Shown in pieces: positions 16,696-25,966 of a stretch of 34,037 nucleotides of DNA. Numbering within the stretch: the stretch's first letter is position 1; every line of letters starts with the position of its first letter. Source of the stretch: a bacterium (GTDB lineage: Bacteria > JAMCPX01); the NCBI GenBank assembly GCA_021789095.1, contig JAJYJX010000002.1, forward strand, positions 1-34,037, written 5' to 3'. Under the pieces are notes generated by a model. It did no database searches. It saw only the letters and a program-made list of their open reading frames with translations, and had not been told where the DNA came from. A program made the position numbers and the translations under genes.

Positions 16696-17661
16696 TCAGC
16701 TCTGATTCAGCATGCCTTTATAAAATTCTTCTTCCTTCAGGGATTGTATCCACAGCATATCTGACACAATGCTGAAATCCGGGGTGTCTGATTCGGATAT
16801 ACCTTTGAATGTGAGTGAGATATCCGTCCACCTTCCGGCAATATTTTTCATAAGGGATACAAGCCTTTTGTTCGCAAACTTCTCCAGGAAATCTGCATAC
16901 ATCTTCCTGAATCCGCCGCCGCCTGTCCCTCTTTTTTCTATTACCTGATATGCAAAACGCGCTAGCCACTTCCAGTCATCAAGTTCTCTCCATTCTACGA
17001 CCTTCTTTGAAGCAAGTTGAATGCCTTTTACACCATAGCCGTCGAAATCTTCCGATGACAGCATTCGCTGCGCATTCTCTCTGGATGCGTTTGTAAAAAG
17101 CTTTTTCTTGTGCAGTTCCAGAACAGGCCTTGGTACCGTAGCAAAGTTTGCACGTGCGCCTTCAGGGAAGTTTCCGTGCAGGACTCCCTCAAGAAGGGAA
17201 TCAAAACCACATCTTGTAAGTCCTTTGCGTTCCGTATCGGACACATATGCAATATTCTCGTCCATGTTGCAGCCCCATACTATTACTGCATGTCCGGGAA
17301 AATGAGTTTTACTCTTGTAATAATCAAGGTAAAAGATGTCCGTTCTCAACAGTACGGGTATGCCCTTATCAATACTGGTGATCAATGCTTCTCTTATCTC
17401 TTCCTGAGAGCACGATTCCTGCCACTTGAATTCAATGCCCATGCTGCTGAAAAATACCTTTTCTATATCCACGGACCTGAAGTGCATCATCCTTGACGGC
17501 GTCAGTCCTTCAATGTACCAGAAACCGATCCCTTCTCCGATGCCGAAGCACTCCGGTTCTGTCAGATCATATCCGTAAAAATTCATAAGATCACCCAGCG
17601 CCGTTGATGCACAGTGCCTGCCGGGCTTATGTGCCCAGTGTTCAATTATTTTTTCCGGCAT
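16696..17661 (-). CDS. BtrH N-terminal domain / DUF4872-like protein (papain- or C39-like cysteine-peptidase fold)
   Basis: 321-aa ORF. N-terminal GRHCASTALGDLMNFYG (candidate catalytic Cys) and FPGHAVIVWG (candidate His) resemble BtrH_N-family proteins. Assigned from memory of the family, not from a search. Confidence 0.5.
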   Translation of the reverse strand: MPEKIIEHWAHKPGRHCASTALGDLMNFYGYDLTEPECFGIGEGIGFWYIEGLTPSRMMHFRSVDIEKVFFSSMGIEFKWQESCSQEEIREALITSIDKGIPVLLRTDIFYLDYYKSKTHFPGHAVIVWGCNMDENIAYVSDTERKGLTRCGFDSLLEGVLHGNFPEGARANFATVPRPVLELHKKKLFTNASRENAQRMLSSEDFDGYGVKGIQLASKKVVEWRELDDWKWLARFAYQVIEKRGTGGGGFRKMYADFLEKFANKRLVSLMKNIAGRWTDISLTFKGISESDTPDFSIVSDMLWIQSLKEEEFYKGMLNQS

Positions 17662-17767
17662 ATAAAGTTAACCTCATAAAAGAATAAGCAACTGAAGAAT
17701 ACCCATATCTGACGCAGGTTTTTCGCTCATTACTCAAACTTCCTTATTTTCAAATGCATTTTTCGGG

Positions 17768-19084
17768 TTAATGCAGCAGTTGTTTTAGTATTTGTTTGCC
17801 TTCCTCAACGCCCGGCTGATCAAACGGGTTTATATGATAAAGATATCCAATGTATACGACCAGCAGTTCAAAGAATACAAAAAGTTCCCCGAGTGTTTTC
17901 GGCATAAGCTCGGGCAGTGAGATCGTAATAGAAGGTCTTGATGAATTGATGAGGGACATTCTTGTTGCGTTCATTTCTGCATGCTGCAGGGCATGAAGCG
18001 TTTTACCGAAGAGATACCCGAATTCCACATCAACTGGGGAAACAGGTACGATCTTTTTTTCTTTTATGCTTACCTTGTTGACCTCCATAAAGGTTATGAG
18101 CTTGTCGGCGGGCCCTTCCTTGTAAAGCTGGAGCTGCGAATGCTGATCAGTCACTCCGAGCGCCCTGACAGGCGTACTGCCTGCAAATACTTCCCTCCCG
18201 TCCCTTGAATGCTTCTTGCCGAGGCTCTCTGCCCATAACTGTGCGATCCATTCGGTAAAATCCGTCAGGAGCGAAGAGTAAGGCATGAATACCATGATGT
18301 TCTTGTTCAGCTCCCTGTGCATAAGATAATAGAGAACGGCGATCTCTCCTATATTGATTCCCTTGGATTTCATAAAAGAATCCCTGATCTTTCTGCCGCC
18401 GTCTATCAGTTCGGAGATATTTACACCCATAAAGCATGCAGGGAAAAGTCCGACAGCAGACAGAACCGAATACCTGCCGCCTGTATTCTGCGGTATTGGC
18501 AGCACAGGAATGCCGTATTTTTGTGACAACGAAAACAGTGCACCGCTGTCATAAGATGTTATAAAAACGAAATGCCTGTTCAATGATTTTACCCCAACAG
18601 ATTTTTTGAAATCGTTTATAAGGATAAACAACTGGGCCATTGTTTCCACTGTCTGTCCCGACTTACTTATTGCAACAACTAGCGTTTTTTTGTGGTTGAG
18701 CTTCTGGATCGTACTGGAAAATATCACGGAATCTATATTGTCAAGGATGTGTACTCTTATCCTGGATTCCGATGCGGAAGCAAAAGCCCGTTTTATCGCA
18801 CGGGCGCCGAGTGCAGAACCGCCAATGCCGAGGACAACAATGTCTGTATATTTTGAAGAAGGATATCTGTTTGCAAGTGTCTTTATGTCCTTTATAATCT
18901 TATCATCTTCAAGAATGGACAAAAATCCCAGCTTGCCGTTCGTTATCGACTGGAGGAGGTCTTCTGCCGTTACATTCAGCTTGCTTTGAGCCGAGAGCAT
19001 GGTATTTGTGGAAAGACCATCCTTTGCAGACAGATACTGGCTCATTGCGAAGTTGGTATTTACAGATATATCCCCGATATTCAT
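17768..19084 (-). CDS. pgi: glucose-6-phosphate isomerase (short bacterial/archaeal type)
   Basis: 438-aa ORF: VVLGIGGSALGARA, VAISKSGQTVET, GGRYSVLSAVGL, ESLGK. Confidence 0.9.
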   Translation of the reverse strand: MNIGDISVNTNFAMSQYLSAKDGLSTNTMLSAQSKLNVTAEDLLQSITNGKLGFLSILEDDKIIKDIKTLANRYPSSKYTDIVVLGIGGSALGARAIKRAFASASESRIRVHILDNIDSVIFSSTIQKLNHKKTLVVAISKSGQTVETMAQLFILINDFKKSVGVKSLNRHFVFITSYDSGALFSLSQKYGIPVLPIPQNTGGRYSVLSAVGLFPACFMGVNISELIDGGRKIRDSFMKSKGINIGEIAVLYYLMHRELNKNIMVFMPYSSLLTDFTEWIAQLWAESLGKKHSRDGREVFAGSTPVRALGVTDQHSQLQLYKEGPADKLITFMEVNKVSIKEKKIVPVSPVDVEFGYLFGKTLHALQHAEMNATRMSLINSSRPSITISLPELMPKTLGELFVFFELLVVYIGYLYHINPFDQPGVEEGKQILKQLLH

Positions 19085-19085
19085 A

Positions 19086-19514
19086 CTACACCGACATGAG
19101 CATTTTTCTTGCGTTCTCTGGCATCATGCATGCTTTCATTGTCACAGGACTTACCGATACAGTAACGGTATGGGCCGTTGCAACAACACGGTCCTGGTCA
19201 CCTTCGCATGCTATAACATATTCAAGTGTAAATGCCCTGTCCTTCATCTCTTTCAGCCTGACATAGATATTTAATAGATCATCGGCAGTTGCAGGACTTT
19301 TATAATGGATACATGCCTCCACAAGAACGAACTCTATATCATGCGCACCCCTGTCCTTTATCGATATGCCTGCTTTTCTAAAAAACTCTATCCTGCCGAC
19401 TTCAAGGTATAACATATATGCGCTGTTGTTTACAATGCCCTGTGCGTCTGTTTCTGCAAACCTTACCCGGACCTGCGTTTTAAAATTAAATCCTTCCATG
19501 ATAAGTATTATCAA
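19086..19514 (-). CDS. acyl-CoA thioesterase, hotdog fold (YbgC/4HBT family)
   Basis: 142-aa ORF: VRVRFAETDAQGIVNNSAYMLYLEVGRIEFFR is typical of the 4HBT family. 4-nt overlap with the upstream gene and a 1-nt gap to pgi. Confidence 0.85.
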   Translation of the reverse strand: MIILIMEGFNFKTQVRVRFAETDAQGIVNNSAYMLYLEVGRIEFFRKAGISIKDRGAHDIEFVLVEACIHYKSPATADDLLNIYVRLKEMKDRAFTLEYVIACEGDQDRVVATAHTVTVSVSPVTMKACMMPENARKMLMSV

Positions 19515-19930
19515 TACACCGAGAATAACTTCGTAAGACGGGTAAGAAGCAGAGGATGTGCAAACAATCCGTTTATCCTGAGCCTGCGTTTAAAAAGCAT
19601 GCCGAGTACTTCCCTGCCGGTCTTATCAAAATAATAAGGCAGGCCTGCCTTTATCTTCAATGTGCTTAATTTAAGTATGTTGTCAGAGTCTGTTTCTATC
19701 TTCAGGCTGTAAGGCGGCTTCACGCCGTCATAGGCGACCATGCCGTCCGGGCTGAACTCAAGCGTAAGGCTTACATCGATATCCTTCGCTACGAGTACAA
19801 CATTCCCCTTCATTGCCCTGAAGACCTTATCCCGCCCGGGATGATTCGAAATGTTCTGCCTTATAAGATCGGTCATCATGCCGGCAAGACCGTTGTTCTT
19901 CGCACCATCATCCAGCCTGATGTCCGCCAT
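19511..19930 (-). CDS. SCP2 sterol-binding domain-containing protein
   Basis: 139-aa ORF. The C-terminal LRINGLFAHPLLLTRLTKLF and the overall pattern resemble SCP2/lipid-carrier domains. Confidence 0.65.
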   Translation of the reverse strand: MADIRLDDGAKNNGLAGMMTDLIRQNISNHPGRDKVFRAMKGNVVLVAKDIDVSLTLEFSPDGMVAYDGVKPPYSLKIETDSDNILKLSTLKIKAGLPYYFDKTGREVLGMLFKRRLRINGLFAHPLLLTRLTKLFSVY

Positions 19931-19932
19931 TA

Positions 19933-21093
19933 TCAGAACGCCTGCTTTAGAATCTTCAGGGTTTCTTCGGGATCAAAAATGGGCTTTGCATTGTATACTA
20001 TGGAGCCGTCTGAGATTGCATCTTCAGCCACCTGTTTGAGTCCTTCTTCCTTTACTCCTACCTCCCTTAATCTCTGCGGCATTTTTATGCGCTTTGTGAG
20101 TGTCCAGATTGCCTCTGCTGCTTTATGTGCCGCAGCTTCGTCGCTCAACTCTTTCACGTCAACACCCATTGCCTGAGCTGCAAGCTTATACTTGTCTGCA
20201 ACTGTCTCAAGATTGTACTCTATGCAGTACGGCAGCAGTATGCTGTTTGCAACGCCGTGAGGTACGCCGAACCTGCCCCCCACGCTGTGGGCAAGTGCGT
20301 GGACAACGCCTACCTGGGCATTACCGAAAGCAACGCCTGCTAAATTCGCTGCTATCTGCATCTGTCCTCGTGCCAGAAGATCTTTACCGTTATCAACTGC
20401 CTTCGGCAAAAACTCTACTATCATCCTTATTCCTTGCAGTGCAAGGCCATCTGTTATCGGTGTTGCCTGCTGCGAGTGCATCGCCTCTATACAGTGGCTC
20501 ATTGCGTCCATCCCTGTTCCGGCAGTTACATTGGGAGGCATGCTGACCGTCATGAGTGGATCGAGTATGCCTACATTCGGAACTATATAATTATCCGCAT
20601 AGAGCAGTTTTCTGTGTTTTGTATGATCCTTTATGACTGCCGCATAGGTAACCTCACTGCCTGTTCCTGCTGTGGTTGGAATAACTATGTGGGGGGTAAT
20701 AGGTCCGGTCAAGAAATTTATGCCTGAGTTATCTTCTATCTTGCCACCAATGGCAAGAACTATTGCGATCCCCTTTGCTGTATCTATGGAGCTGCCTCCA
20801 CCAACTGTTACTATACAATCCGCACCTATTGATCTCGCATAATCCGCACCTTTGTCAACGATATGGGTACCGGTGTCAGGTTCTATATCAGAAAACATGC
20901 CTGCGAATTTAGTAGACAGCGATTTCTTTACCTTCTCGACCATTTCGGATTTTTCAAGGAATTTATCCGTAACAAGCAGCACTCTTTTACCCTTGAGTGC
21001 TTCGACCTCCTCCAAAACTTCTTTTGCAGAACCTTTGCCGAATATGATCTTTGTGGGGTTCCGGAATATAAAATTCAGATCTGCATCGTACAT
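19933..21093 (-). CDS. iron-containing alcohol dehydrogenase
   Basis: 386-aa ORF: GGGSSIDTAKG, IPTTAGTGSE, and the His-rich metal site (MDAMSHCIEA, HALAH). Confidence 0.9.
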   Translation of the reverse strand: MYDADLNFIFRNPTKIIFGKGSAKEVLEEVEALKGKRVLLVTDKFLEKSEMVEKVKKSLSTKFAGMFSDIEPDTGTHIVDKGADYARSIGADCIVTVGGGSSIDTAKGIAIVLAIGGKIEDNSGINFLTGPITPHIVIPTTAGTGSEVTYAAVIKDHTKHRKLLYADNYIVPNVGILDPLMTVSMPPNVTAGTGMDAMSHCIEAMHSQQATPITDGLALQGIRMIVEFLPKAVDNGKDLLARGQMQIAANLAGVAFGNAQVGVVHALAHSVGGRFGVPHGVANSILLPYCIEYNLETVADKYKLAAQAMGVDVKELSDEAAAHKAAEAIWTLTKRIKMPQRLREVGVKEEGLKQVAEDAISDGSIVYNAKPIFDPEETLKILKQAF

Positions 21094-21184
21094 TTACGTT
21101 TCTCCTTTCCTTTAAAGTTTGTGCTACGGCCTGCACAAACAGGTCCCAGCACAATCAGGGGGTACTCAGCACCGGTCATTCCAG

Positions 21185-21661
21185 TTATTCGTCAATAAAC
21201 TTGGTATCCACCATGGTTGCAGAATCCACAAGGTCCTGGGCTGCTTTGACAAACCTTACTATTGTAGGCAGATCGCCTTTCAACTTCAATTTACCCTGCA
21301 TCATGCCCTTTACAGGGTCAAGTTCCTTTTTCAGGACAGCCTTCCATCTGGCATATCCTGCCGAGATCACGAACTTCGCCGTATGAGCCTGCTCGATAGG
21401 CACCCTCTTTGCCTCCCTGCATACGCCGTGGTATAGATCCAGCCATACACCGACCGCTGTCTCTCCTTCCTTGAGCTGCTTGCTCAGCACGGGGTCACTC
21501 TTTGCCTTTTTAAGAAGCTCCTCATCATCAAGTTCCATAACAAGTGCGATTGTTCCGTGCTCCCAGTTTGCGCCTGATTCTTTGTAATTGGGGTTTGAAT
21601 TGATCTTCTCCTTGTACGCTGCTATCCATTCTTCGCTCGGGAACGGGATTGCCATATGCAT
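21185..21661 (-). CDS. SCP2 sterol-binding domain-containing protein (second copy)
   Basis: 158-aa ORF. The C-terminal MMQGKLKLKGDLPTIVRFVKA is the characteristic SCP2 terminal motif. Confidence 0.65.
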   Translation of the reverse strand: MHMAIPFPSEEWIAAYKEKINSNPNYKESGANWEHGTIALVMELDDEELLKKAKSDPVLSKQLKEGETAVGVWLDLYHGVCREAKRVPIEQAHTAKFVISAGYARWKAVLKKELDPVKGMMQGKLKLKGDLPTIVRFVKAAQDLVDSATMVDTKFIDE

Positions 21662-21710
21662 ACCTCCTTTTTTATTTTATTTTTTTATCACACTTCTGTA
21701 AATAAACAAG

Positions 21711-22520
21711 CTATTTATGCATGGACTGCTCAAGCATGCCAACAGCATCGCTGACCCTTTTCTCAACATAATCTTTGTCGCTGCCGACGGAAGTAAAGAA
21801 CACTTCCAGTGACTTCTCCTCTAAGAATCCGGCAGGGCTTGATTTTATATATACATCCGGGTAAGCAGCTGAGATCTTATCAAGCAGTATCCTTAAAACG
21901 CTTTCATCATAGCTGCTGGTTGCCACTGACCTTTCAACCCAGTGTCCTGTCGGCACATGCCGTTTCATCCACGGCAGGATATGCGTCTCGAATATGGATT
22001 TCATCTCTGCGGGAACGCCGGGCAGGCAGAAGACAGTAGTGCGTTTATAGTTAATAAAAGCAGCCGGTGCAGTACCAACAGGATTGGCAAGCGGTTTTGC
22101 GCCTGAAGGCATGACTGCCATCTTTATCCTCCCTTCATTCAATCCTCCGGTGTGCAGAAGGCCCCTGCGGTAAAGTTCGTCGTAGCGCTTCTTGAGCATT
22201 GAAAATGCCTTCCTGTTCTTTACGAGTTTTTGGCCAAGAGCTTTTGCGACGGATTTAAGAGTCATGTCGTCCACTGTTGGTCCAAGTCCACCTGTTGTTA
22301 TTACAAGAGCAGGTTTTGATGCAAGTGCCGTTCTCATTGTTTTCACAATATCGGCTTCAACATCATCTATTATATGGATGCTCGAAACTTTTGCTCCGAG
22401 GATCGTAATATTCCTCGCCAGATAGTTAGAATTGGTATCCAGAGTCCTGCCGTTTACAAGCTCCCTGCCTATTGCTATAATGATCACATCATTCATGGCT
22501 TTATTTATAATAATGTTCAA
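21711..22520 (-). CDS. CinA-like competence/damage-inducible protein, MoCF-biosynthesis (molybdopterin-binding) domain only
   Basis: 269-aa ORF: IIAIGRELVNGRTLDTNSNYLA...TTGGLGPTVDDMT. It lacks the C-terminal PncC-type deamidase domain of full-length CinA. Confidence 0.8.
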   Translation of the reverse strand: MNIIINKAMNDVIIIAIGRELVNGRTLDTNSNYLARNITILGAKVSSIHIIDDVEADIVKTMRTALASKPALVITTGGLGPTVDDMTLKSVAKALGQKLVKNRKAFSMLKKRYDELYRRGLLHTGGLNEGRIKMAVMPSGAKPLANPVGTAPAAFINYKRTTVFCLPGVPAEMKSIFETHILPWMKRHVPTGHWVERSVATSSYDESVLRILLDKISAAYPDVYIKSSPAGFLEEKSLEVFFTSVGSDKDYVEKRVSDAVGMLEQSMHK

Positions 22521-22568
22521 TGTTTCGTAAGTAAAGCAGGAGTAACCTATAAGTTTTTCTATAAATAC

Positions 22569-22596
22569 TTGACTATCATCATAATTTCTTCATAAT
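22569..22596 (+). promoter_or_regulatory. sigma70-type promoter for tRNA-Phe
   Basis: TTGACT (22569-22574), 16-nt spacer, CATAAT (22591-22596). The mature tRNA 5' end lies 11 nt downstream. Confidence 0.55.
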
Positions 22597-22606
22597 ACTC
22601 TGTTGT

Positions 22607-22679
<73 letters not shown>

Positions 22680-22712
22680 TTCTCATGCCCAAGGGAGAGG
22701 TCAGGACACGAA

Positions 22713-24797
22713 TCACTTCGTCTTGTTTATGATCTCCAATGCAGTGCTGCAAATATTGTCTATGTTCAAACCGTATTCACGCATGACCGTATTTCCCGGC
22801 GCGGACGCACCGAACCTGTCGATACCGATCGAACCGCCTTTCTCCCCTGCGTATCTGATCCATCCCTGGGTGGATCCTGCTTCAACAGTTAGTCGCGCTT
22901 TTATATCAGCAGGCAGGACAGAGTTCCTGTATTCAGCAGGCTGTGCATCGAACAGCTCCCAGCTCGGCATTGATACAACCCTTGCATTGATGCCATGTTC
23001 ACTGCCCAGCTTCTGTTTCGCCTCCATCGACAGGCTTACCTCGGAGCCGCTTGCAATAAGGATAATATCAGGACTGCCGTTACCAGCGTCCGCAAGTATG
23101 TACGCGCCATGCCTTAAACCTTCAGCCTCGCTTACCTTACCGCGGTCGAGCGTTGGCACATCCTGCCTGGTAAGCACGAGCGCGACCGGCCGGCCCTTCG
23201 TTTCGATTGCTACGCGCCATGCCTCTGCTGTTTCATTTGCATCGCAGGGTCTTATGACAGTAATGTCCGGTATTGCACGAAGGCTCGCAAGCTGCTCAAC
23301 AGGCTGGTGCGTGGGCCCGTCTTCTCCAACGCTTATGCTGTCGTGCGTAAATACGTAAATGACTTTGAGCCCCATGAGTGCAGCAAGCCGGATCGGCGGG
23401 CGCATGTAATCAGAAAAGATCAGGAATGTTGCGCCGAACGGTATAATCCCCCCGTGTGCTGCCATGCCGTTCAGCGCTGCGCCCATTGCATGCTCACGCA
23501 CGCCAAAATGTATGTTTCTTCCTCCGAAGCCCCATGACTTTCCGATAGAGCCCTGCGGGTCGCCGGGTCTCTCCCCCGGGTTCTCAAAATCCCCCATATC
23601 ATGAAGGGCCGTGTGTGTTGACGGATTAAGATCACAGGACCCGCCTATCAAATGCGGCAGTCTTGGTGCAATTTTGTTCATAATAGTACCTGATGCCACG
23701 CGGGTAGCCCCTCCCTTCGCATCTGCAGGGAACAGCGGGATATCACTGTCCCAGCCTTCAGGCAGGTCCCCGCTCATCAGTATACTGACCTCTTTTGCCA
23801 GCTCAGGAAATGCCCTTGAGTATTCCGTAAACCTTGATTCCCATTCTTTCTGTGCCTTTCCCCCCTGATCCACTGCCTTCCTGAAGTGTCCAAGCACTCC
23901 GTCTGGTATGTAGAAAGGAAGGTCAACCGGCCAGCCAAGGTTTTTCTTGGTGAGTTTTACCTCTTCCTCTCCAAGAGGGGATCCGTGCGCTTCAAACGTG
24001 TCCTGCTTGTTGGGAGATCCGTAACCGATGTGTGTCTTCACCAGTATTATCGACGGCCTGTCTTTTTCTTTTCTGGCCGTGCGTATAGCCTTATCTATGG
24101 CGTTGAGATCATTGCCGTCTTTGACTGTCTGGGTGTGCCAGCCGTACGACTCCAGCCGCTTTGCGCGGTCTTCCGTGAATGCCACGTCAGTTGAGGCGGC
24201 AAGTGATACATGGTTGTTGTCGTACAGGTATATAATCTTGCCCAGACCGAGGTGCCCTGCAAGCGATGCTGCTTCTGATGCCACGCCTTCCATAAGGTCC
24301 CCGTCGCTGACTATTGCATAGGTGTAATGGTTTATGATCTTAAACCCCGGACGGTTGTAGCGCGCGGCAAGGTATGCCTCTGCTATAGCCATACCAACAC
24401 CGTTTGCAAATCCCTGGCCAAGCGGGCCCGTGGTCACCTCCACGCCGGGAACAAGCCCGTACTCCGGGTGGCCCGGCGTCATGCTGCCCCATTGTCTGAA
24501 CTTTTTGATCTCATCCAGTGAAACCGCATACCCGGTAAGGTGGAGCAGACTGTACAGAAGCATTGAGCCATGACCTGCTGAAAGAATGAACCTGTCGCGG
24601 TCGAACCATCCCGGATTTGCCGGGTTGTGCTTCATGAAGCGTGTCCAAAGTACGTATGCCATAGGTGCAGCACCCATAGGCATGCCGGGATGCCCGCTTT
24701 TTGCCTTTTCCACGGCGTCTACAGAAAGAAACCTGATCGTGTTTATGGATAGTTCATCCAGCTTTGAAGACCTTCCCGGAACGCTTTTCCTGCTCAT
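22713..24797 (-). CDS. tkt: transketolase
   Basis: 694-aa ORF: [12 protein letters not shown], the thiamine-diphosphate motif GDLMEGV...N, and [20 protein letters not shown]. Its ATG overlaps the upstream stop (ATGA). Confidence 0.95.
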   Translation of the reverse strand: MSRKSVPGRSSKLDELSINTIRFLSVDAVEKAKSGHPGMPMGAAPMAYVLWTRFMKHNPANPGWFDRDRFILSAGHGSMLLYSLLHLTGYAVSLDEIKKFRQWGSMTPGHPEYGLVPGVEVTTGPLGQGFANGVGMAIAEAYLAARYNRPGFKIINHYTYAIVSDGDLMEGVASEAASLAGHLGLGKIIYLYDNNHVSLAASTDVAFTEDRAKRLESYGWHTQTVKDGNDLNAIDKAIRTARKEKDRPSIILVKTHIGYGSPNKQDTFEAHGSPLGEEEVKLTKKNLGWPVDLPFYIPDGVLGHFRKAVDQGGKAQKEWESRFTEYSRAFPELAKEVSILMSGDLPEGWDSDIPLFPADAKGGATRVASGTIMNKIAPRLPHLIGGSCDLNPSTHTALHDMGDFENPGERPGDPQGSIGKSWGFGGRNIHFGVREHAMGAALNGMAAHGGIIPFGATFLIFSDYMRPPIRLAALMGLKVIYVFTHDSISVGEDGPTHQPVEQLASLRAIPDITVIRPCDANETAEAWRVAIETKGRPVALVLTRQDVPTLDRGKVSEAEGLRHGAYILADAGNGSPDIILIASGSEVSLSMEAKQKLGSEHGINARVVSMPSWELFDAQPAEYRNSVLPADIKARLTVEAGSTQGWIRYAGEKGGSIGIDRFGASAPGNTVMREYGLNIDNICSTALEIINKTK

Positions 24798-25777
24798 CGT
24801 TTATCTCCTTTTCCCGATAATACATGAATTGCTAATGCGGCGGCCCCGATTACTCCGGCATTGTTGTGCAGCTCCGACATAACAACCTTGAGCTTCATGC
24901 CCGCAGCACCAAGTGCACGGCCATGCACTCCTGTATCCACCATGCCAACAAGCTCAGGCATGCCCTCAATAACACCCCCGCCGAGTATCAGTACGCATGG
25001 GTTGAATGCGTTGACCAGGCTTACGCAGCCGGCCACAAGTGCATCCGCTACACCATCAACGATCCTTGAGGCCAGCGTATCGCCCTGGTGTGCTGCAGCA
25101 GATACGATCTTGGCTGTTATGCTTTTTGCGTCCCCGCCTGCAAGCCGTATCATCGCTGCGCCTGCCGCTGGATCGCGCGCAACCGCATTCTGCGCATCTC
25201 TCGCTATTGCCCATCCTCCTGCAAGCGATTCAAGGCACCCATGATTCGGACAGTGGCATGCAGGCCCGTTGATGTCGATCGTAATATGACCTATCTCGCC
25301 CGCGGTGTTGCTGCATCCTGCAAGCATCGCCCCGCCGCTTACTATACCTCCGCCAACGCCTGTACCAACAAAAATGCACACAATATCATTGTATCCCCTG
25401 CCTGCCCCGTACATCCACTCCCCCCATGCGGCAGCGCGGACGTCATTGGTAACCACCACGGGCTGATCAAGCTTACCGGACAGGTCCTCCTGAAGCGGCA
25501 CATTATGCCAGTCGAGGTTGGGTGCGAAAATAACCATACCGGTTACAGGGTCTATCTGCCCTGCCATGCCCACACCAATGCCTGCAGGCCTGCTACCTGC
25601 AGATTTCATGATTTCCTCTGCTGCCGCGATAATACCGGACTCAACTGTATCCGGGCCTCCGGCAGCATCGGTGTCGCGGTGCATTCGTTTAAGAATACCG
25701 CCGGCGCTGTCTACACCCGCCACCTCAATCTTTGTGGCCCCGAGATCAACACCGATTGCCCATGTATTGCCTGTCAT
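24794..25777 (-). CDS. ROK family glucokinase (no N-terminal HTH)
   Basis: 327-aa ORF: [14 protein letters not shown]-binding motif, GxGVGGG, and the ROK zinc motif [10 protein letters not shown]. Confidence 0.85.
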   Translation of the reverse strand: MTGNTWAIGVDLGATKIEVAGVDSAGGILKRMHRDTDAAGGPDTVESGIIAAAEEIMKSAGSRPAGIGVGMAGQIDPVTGMVIFAPNLDWHNVPLQEDLSGKLDQPVVVTNDVRAAAWGEWMYGAGRGYNDIVCIFVGTGVGGGIVSGGAMLAGCSNTAGEIGHITIDINGPACHCPNHGCLESLAGGWAIARDAQNAVARDPAAGAAMIRLAGGDAKSITAKIVSAAAHQGDTLASRIVDGVADALVAGCVSLVNAFNPCVLILGGGVIEGMPELVGMVDTGVHGRALGAAGMKLKVVMSELHNNAGVIGAAALAIHVLSGKGDKR

Positions 25778-25966
25778 CCTTGCTCCTTGTAAACCCCGTT
25801 AGAAACAATCTTTCAACACAGTAAAATATCACTTCACTGGATGGACTTCTAACAGGGTTAACCTCTCGTCCTAAATTATATTATCCAAGTCATAAATAGC
25901 CGGTTTTTCTGACGGGTTAAACCCGTTTTCATAGTATTTAAAAAAAGTTGACATTATCCTTCTTCT

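Noticed and set aside
25088-25792. 234-aa plus-strand ORF, and similar long antisense ORFs (24861-25244, 27379-28236, 22723-23358, 5214-5861, 5627-6133, 8546-8992, 12149-12484, 1620-1940).
   Set aside because: All lie entirely antisense to confidently identified genes (ROK kinase, mutase, tkt, rpsB, M20, Slt, PilZ). Their composition is Cys/Arg/Ser/His-rich and low-complexity, as expected for shadow frames.
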